Shown in pieces: positions 61,133 to 64,000 of a stretch of DNA of 64,000 nucleotides. Under the pieces are notes generated by a model. That model had not been told where the DNA came from and did not search any database. It saw only the letters and a program-made list of their open reading frames with translations. The DNA is taken from the NCBI GenBank assembly GCA_039621445.1, contig CP154954.1:32589455-32653454 (forward strand), written 5' to 3'. Made by a program: the position numbers and the translations under genes. Source of the DNA: Euglena gracilis. Its lineage: Eukaryota. Numbering within the stretch: position 1 is the first letter of the stretch; each line of letters opens with the position of its first letter.

Positions 61133-61523
61133 CAGGGTTTGATATAAGGAGGGGGGGGTCCGGACCCCCCTGCGGGCCAGGAGGGGGGGGGGGGACACCC
61201 CCCCCTAAACAGCGGCGCGGTCAGGGTGACCGATTTTCGGCCCGGCCGGGCCGAAAATTTTTGACCCCCCAAAACGACCAAAAGTGCCATTTTGGGCACT
61301 TTTGGGGCAAAAATTGGCCAAAAATGCAAAAATTTTTCGGCGCAAAGCGCCGGCGGAAAAAAAATGACCCCTTTTTGGGGGGGGTCCCGGGTACCCCCCG
61401 AGGGTCGGTCCGGACCCCCCCTTGCAGGTGGGGGGGGGGCCGGACCCCCCCTGTGGGCCAGGAGGGGGGGGGGGGGACACCCCCCCACCTAAACCATGTA
61501 CGCCCTCCTTATATCGAACCCTG
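61133..61523. mobile_element. hAT-type MITE (391 bp)
   Basis: 21-bp TIR CAGGGTTYGATATAAGGAGGG (1 mismatch); 8-bp TSD CCTGTGGC at 61125-61132 and 61524-61531. Confidence 0.9.
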
Positions 61524-64000
61524 CCTGTGGCGCACCACGCGCCCAGGCCACAAGCTCAGCAGCCAGGGGTGCCGAAGCCCAAGTTCCAAAATGGTCAAGG
61601 GCCAGGGTTGAGAGAGTGCACAAAATGGACATCGCGAGGCCAAACGGTGTGTGAGCAGCTCAAATGCTTCGATTGGAAACGAAAACATTTTGGCGGGGGG
61701 GATGATCGCGAGTTTTGTCGCTCTTCAAACACCCCCCCCCCCCCCCCCGCAGAAGCTGCTGTGGCAGAAGTTTGAAAACGTTTTGAAACACATTTCCTTG
61801 CTGGGGGTTTGATTCCCCCCCAAAAAAACCTTGCAGCCCCACATAAATATAACCCCGGGCAGCGACGTTCGCAAAAAGAGATGGATGAGCCAGAGTTTGA
61901 CCCCTCAACCTGCGATTTCAAGCAGGTTTGCCCTCGCGTTGTCCAAATTTCGAAATGAAATCCAGTGGGCATCCAATTGGGTTTAGGAATATCAAGCTTA
62001 TTGCAAAATGTCACAAAGATAATTCTTCGTTTGATTTCAGTCCCCTCCCGTTCGATACTGCTTTTGCTCCACCTGTCGGTGCTCCCAAAGAGGTGAGACG
62101 GCATATAAGTGGAGAGGGTCTGCAGACAGCTATGTCAGTTTTTCACCTGAAATCCAATAATGATCCTGAAAATGTGTCTTTGAAATCGTCATTTTTTAAA
62201 ACCTGCCAGGCTTTCTCCCTTAAATCTGAAGCCAAGAAGCACAGTGCTGCGCAAAAAAGAGAGGCGATTGGGCAACACGGATGATACAAATGGGAGGAAA
62301 GCAACTCAGCCGTCTGGCTGCCATCAGCGCACAAAGTTATCGTGGCTGGAGCCCAATGGCTCCAGCCCCCCCCCCTTTGCTGACATGCAAGCACAAAGCC
62401 AGTGCAGCGCTTGCTTGGCCCCCCTTCCATACATACAGCAAAAATGACCTGCAAAATATTTACTTTCTTTGATTACACAATTGTGCTGTTTGCAAAACTA
62501 CACCTTTGAAGTATAAATAAATGTCAAAATGTCAAAATATCAGCAAATAAAATATAAAAAAATTTGTGTTAAGTGCTGCTTGTGGATACAAACAGCAAAA
62601 TACAGGGGCGAAATGGGGTTTTAAAAACAATTGGCTAAGTGAAAAATTGGGGCTGAAAAAAATTGGCAGTTCTGTCAAAATGGCAGAAAATATATCTGGA
62701 GGTCTCGGCAAAATCTGATAGAGAATTTCGGAGGGCTTCCCAAAAGGACATAAAAACCTTGAAGATTTGTGGACAAAAAGCAATGAATATTAAACTTTGT
62801 TTAGTTAATGACATGGGGGGGAAATGATTTTTCAAAACGTGTCGGATAGCTTTGGAGGATTTTGGCCATGGGAAAAATTTTGAAGGATTTCGCTTTGTCA
62901 ATTTTGTCCATCCCAATTTTTGTACAACTCCAATCCCCCCCCTCTGGTAACCATTCCGTGTTGTGTGTTGCACCAGCTAAAGGAAATTGCTGAACTTGTG
63001 GGATTCCCTCTCTCAACTGGCAAGAGACCATTGCACATCTCCTGCTGGACTTTGGGAGAAATGCATACCGCAATGCGTAATGCTCACACCTCAAAAATGA
63101 GATTTGCACAGCCAGCAAACAATGTGAATGAATATGCTATCACTTTTTACCGGGGGGGGGGGGCATCTTAAGCAATGGCATGATCTCATTCGCCCCAGGG
63201 GTGCCAATATCCAGAACCAAAACCCCTGCCCCGGCGGCACAAATCGTGGACAACGGGACTTTCGGCAACTTTATCACTGTTGGGCACAACAATTACAAAA
63301 ATTCGAGTTGGTCGAGACGACAAAATTATGCAAAATCACAAGTTGAAGCAACTTTTTAAAAGAAACTTAAATCACATGGTGTGATGTTTACGTTGCTGTG
63401 TGTTTTTTGAGACCTGAAAATCATCATGGGGCACAACTAGCAGTTAGCTTTTAACGCTGTCCCATGTCGCTGAACGCTGTGCTGAAGTCTGACCTTTTCA
63501 TTTTTCCAGTTCTGCACCCCCTTTCCAGTTTGTTTTGAAGCATTCTCATTTCAGGGGTTCCTATTCTGAGGGGTTCTCATTTATTTATTTACGGGGTTCT
63601 GATTTGGGGGATGTTATTCGGGGGGAGCTCGGGGATAACATCGCAAGGTGGCACCGTTTGGCGGCGGCCTCTTTGCTCGCTGGGGGCGACGCTGCAACGT
63701 GCCCAGCAGGGCTGAGAGGGGAGGGGGCAGGGGCGGCAAGCCAAGGCCACCGCCAGCCCTGCCCGGGGTCCGGCGGGGCCTTTCGTCGCGGTGCGGCCGC
63801 CGGGGTCGCGGGGGGGCGACCGAGGCGTTGCGCCATGCCTCGGCCGGGAAGTGGCCTGGGGAGGCAAGGTGGATGCCACAGCCCACCCCCAGCCCATGTG
63901 ATTTGCGATGCACAATGTTAAATCCCCCCAAATAACGTTGCAGTGCCCTAAAACTTTACGATCCCGAATGACTTTGCAGGAGAAAGCCAAAAAAGATCGG

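Noticed and set aside
63560-63940. Possible MITE with imperfect inverted ends
   Set aside because: Inverted match short and imperfect, no TSD identified

Overview
Eukaryotic, homopolymer-rich repeat DNA with no recognisable host gene. About 11.2-56.5 kb is a four-level nest whose boundaries are fixed by target-site duplications (TSDs). A minus-strand DIRS (tyrosine-recombinase) retrotransposon was interrupted by Ty3/gypsy chromovirus B (TSD CCCT). B was interrupted at its protease DTG codons by non-autonomous LTR element C (TSD AGGG). C was interrupted by Ty3/gypsy chromovirus A (TSD CCAC). A ~10.8 kb tandem duplication (34322-45124 / 45128-55949) copies the right half of the nest. A second, plus-strand DIRS copy (56505-60594) lies head-to-head with the first. 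The main result is the DNA-methyltransferase cargo. A carries a C5-cytosine MTase in frame with its protease. B carries a Dam-like N6-adenine MTase plus a C5-cytosine MTase in tandem between gag and protease. Both DIRS copies carry the usual Dam-like domain. Both gypsy Gags contain an RRM-like segment. The flanks hold MITEs and simple repeats. All protein calls come from motif recognition by eye; no database search was run.
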